Origin: Dehalococcoidia bacterium | Lineage (GTDB): Bacteria; Chloroflexota; Dehalococcoidia; Lucifugimonadales; CAUZJF01 | Reading direction: 5' to 3' | Length of the DNA stretch: 64,000 nucleotides | NCBI GenBank assembly: GCA_965247255.1 | Contig: CBDFGS010000009.1 | Location: 416,964-480,963 of the forward strand | Shown: piece after piece, positions 61,996-64,000 of the stretch | Layout: each line of letters begins with the position of its first letter | Position numbering within the stretch: position 1 is the first letter of the stretch | The notes under the pieces: generated by a model | The model's input: the letters and a program-made list of their open reading frames with translations, nothing else | What the model was told of the DNA's origin: nothing | Database searches by the model: none | Made by a program: the position numbers and the translations under genes

Positions 61996-62353
61996 ATGAC
62001 CGTCGACGCCGAAGGCTACGTGTGGTCGGCCCATGCCGGCGGCTCGTCGTTATACCGCTACACGCCCCAGGGCTCGGTCGACAGGGTGATACGCTTCCCT
62101 GCCAAGCTGGTCTCCAGCGTCGCCTTCGGTGGGAACGGACCTGAGGGACATCTACGTTACGACCATCGGCGGCGACGACCGGGAGGAGCACGGCCCGGGC
62201 GCGGACGCGCTGTTCAGGCTGCGGCCCGGCATAAAGGGCGCGCAGATTCCTCTCGTGCGTCGGGCTATGAGGCAAAGCGGCGACGTCTACCCCGACGGCG
62301 TGCCGCCGGTCAGCAGTCCCCCGTCGACTGTAATGCACTGGCCGTTGACGTAG
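61996..62353 (+). pseudogene. SMP-30/gluconolactonase/LRE-like gene remnant (C-terminal ~90 aa only, frameshifted)
   Basis: DAEGYVWSAHAGGSSLYRYTPQGSVDRVIRFPAKLVSSVAFGG, then a 1-nt shift near 62134, then (T)DLRDIYVTTIGGD...ALFRLRPGIKG. The N-terminal ~200 aa expected for this family are absent. Confidence 0.6.
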
Positions 62354-63072
62354 TCGCCGAGGTCTGAGCAAAGGAACAGCACGGCGCCGGCGATGTCGTT
62401 GGGCACCCCTCCCCTGCGGGACGGAATCCAGTTGCGCTTGGCCTCCTCCGCATAGCCTGGGCCGGCCCGCAGGTGCTCGCGCTCCGCGGGCAGAAGGCGA
62501 CTGTCGATGTAACCGGGGGCCACGCAGTTGGAGGTTATGCCACTCCCGGCCATGTCCAGGGCCATGCTCTGTGCCATACGCACCAACCCAATCTTGCACA
62601 CGCCGTACACCATATCGTCCGGCCAGGCCCGAAAGGCGTGCACGCTGCTGATACTTACGATCCGACCTCCCCCTCCCTGCCTGACCATCTCCCGGGCGGC
62701 CCGCTGGCTGCACAGGAAGTAGCCCTTGAGGGCGTTACCCACCACGAAGTCCCAGTCCTCCTCCGAGATGTCCAGGAAGGACCCATCGCGGCTGGCCACG
62801 GCGTTGTTGACCAGTATGTCGATCCTGCCGTGCTCGGTCACAAACTCGTCAACCATCCGGCCGACCTGCCGGCTATCGGAGATATCGGCGAGATGCCAGC
62901 TAGCCTTCCGTCCCTCGTCGCGCACCATACCCATCGTGTCCTCGGCGGCCTGGTCCCGCTCGATGTCGTTCATTCCTATGTCCGCGCCCTCCCGGGCCAG
63001 GAGTACCGCGATACCCCTTCCGATTCCGCGTCTGGAGCCGGTAATCAGCGCCTTCTTGCCTTCCAAAAGCAT
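62287..63072 (-). CDS. SDR family oxidoreductase
   Basis: 261 aa: TGSRRGIGRG, NNAV, YGVCKIG. Confidence 0.9.
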   Translation of the reverse strand: MLLEGKKALITGSRRGIGRGIAVLLAREGADIGMNDIERDQAAEDTMGMVRDEGRKASWHLADISDSRQVGRMVDEFVTEHGRIDILVNNAVASRDGSFLDISEEDWDFVVGNALKGYFLCSQRAAREMVRQGGGGRIVSISSVHAFRAWPDDMVYGVCKIGLVRMAQSMALDMAGSGITSNCVAPGYIDSRLLPAEREHLRAGPGYAEEAKRNWIPSRRGGVPNDIAGAVLFLCSDLGDYVNGQCITVDGGLLTGGTPSG

Positions 63073-63208
63073 CGTCCCCTCCTTAATAAGATTTCGGATG
63101 CGGTTGTTCGCCTCGCGGCGCTCGCACCTGATTTAATGTAGAAGTCGGTGTTGGCTCAGGCCGAGTGTTGGCAACCAGCAAAAGTGGGACACTTTGCGAC
63201 CCGAGAGA

Positions 63209-63478
63209 TCAGGTGTTGGACGGAGGTCCGGTGAGCTCTCTGAGGGCCCTGTTGTAGCGTCTTCGCCGTTCGATCATTTGAGCCTGCACCTCCTTTCTGC
63301 GTTGTAGGATCTTCTCTTCGGAGGTGTACTTGCGCCGGGTAGCCGATCTGACTCGTCGGACAAAGGATCTGGTCTGCTCGGTCCGCTCCTCGGCGGCCTC
63401 TGGCTTGCCTACTGTTGATTGGGTCACACCTGCTCCTTTCTCGGGTAACTCTACCCTCAGTCCAGGAGCTCCCACCAC
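63209..63478 (-). CDS. hypothetical basic protein
   Basis: 89-aa ORF. The RRKYTSEEKI segment faintly recalls IS3 OrfA proteins, but the similarity does not extend further. Confidence 0.25.
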   Translation of the reverse strand: MVGAPGLRVELPEKGAGVTQSTVGKPEAAEERTEQTRSFVRRVRSATRRKYTSEEKILQRRKEVQAQMIERRRRYNRALRELTGPPSNT

Positions 63479-63704
63479 CCTCCCACTCTCGGGTTCTTTA
63501 GCCCTCAGATGTGTCCCATTCTCGCTGACGGTCTAAAGACGACCATATCGCCTACCTCCAGCGGCCCATCCTGGAGGCGCAGGAGGCGCTCCGCCGACGG
63601 AGGGAGAGGGCGGGACACTGATTCCGGCCTACCTACACTACTCAGTTGTCCATAGCGCCGTAGTCGGCTAAGATAAACGTCCCCGCATCAGGAGGTCACG
63701 GCAC

Positions 63705-64000
63705 GTGGCAATTTTCTTATATATCTCAATCTCAGAAGAGGACAGGATCTCGATTTTCGAGTTGAACGCTGAAACTGGCCAGCTAGGCCATCAGGGCGAT
63801 GTAGCACTCCCTAATCCATACCCACTTGCAGTGGACCCTGAGAGAAAAGTCTTATATGCCGGAAGCCCCAAATCTAAAGAGGTCTCCAGTTTCCGCATAG
63901 ACCGGAGTACGGGAGGACTCTCGCTAATTGGGACGGCGGCGCTCGAGAGCTCTCCCTGCTATCTGGCCACCGATAGAAGGGGCAATTTCCTGCTCTCCGC
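63705..64000 (+). CDS. lactonase family (7-bladed beta-propeller, 6-phosphogluconolactonase-like) protein, 5' part
   Basis: GTG at 63705, 9 nt after AGGAGG: VAIFLYISISEEDRISIFELNAETGQL...PYPLAVDPERKVLYAG...VSSFRIDRSTGGLSLIG...PCYLATDRRGNFLLSA. It runs off the window end. Confidence 0.65.
   Translation, partial: MAIFLYISISEEDRISIFELNAETGQLGHQGDVALPNPYPLAVDPERKVLYAGSPKSKEVSSFRIDRSTGGLSLIGTAALESSPCYLATDRRGNFLLS

Noticed and set aside
63209-63478. IS3-family OrfA remnant
   Set aside because: Only a 10-residue resemblance exists (RRKYTSEEKI). There is no HTH continuation, no OrfB and no inverted repeats nearby.

Overview
High-GC bacterial chromosomal window, densely coded on both strands, with at least five families of REP-like hairpin repeats in the intergenic regions. 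All protein calls come from motif recognition by eye, because no database search was possible. Several features hint at a Chloroflexota (Dehalococcoidia or SAR202-like) genome, which is inference only: rsmH-ftsA-ftsZ without any mur/ftsI/ftsW genes, nrdR plus a class II RNR, and many SDR, enolase-superfamily, PhyH and amidohydrolase genes. Layout. 1-4.5 kb holds a MarR-regulated ABC exporter pair and a second MarR. 4.7-18 kb is housekeeping (priA, rplS, trmD, MogA/MoaB-family gene, rsmH-ftsA-ftsZ, crcB, nrdR-nrdJ). 18.7-22.7 kb holds a class III nucleotide cyclase and a 908-aa MerR/GAF/TPR-like regulator. 23.9-31.3 kb is the most unusual locus. It has two transcription units that share a duplicated terminator, leader and N-terminal-peptide module. 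One unit encodes a 1483-aa protein built from an internally repetitive hydrophobic region, a solute-binding-like domain and a vWA domain, and it is followed by a membrane-anchored coiled-coil partner. 31.4-48.4 kb holds pdxA-proC-yggT, an envelope-decoration cluster (GT39-like, birA, TagD/CCT-type cytidylyltransferase, LicD) and catabolic enzymes. 48.9-63.5 kb starts at tRNA-Pro(CGG) and looks plastic and decaying. It contains three broken genes, an IS1380-family element with a 5-bp target duplication, and a same-orientation array of small-ORF repeat units ending in a conserved GTGAACCCGGTCAGGG...GGGGACTC motif. No rRNA genes or CRISPR arrays were seen.
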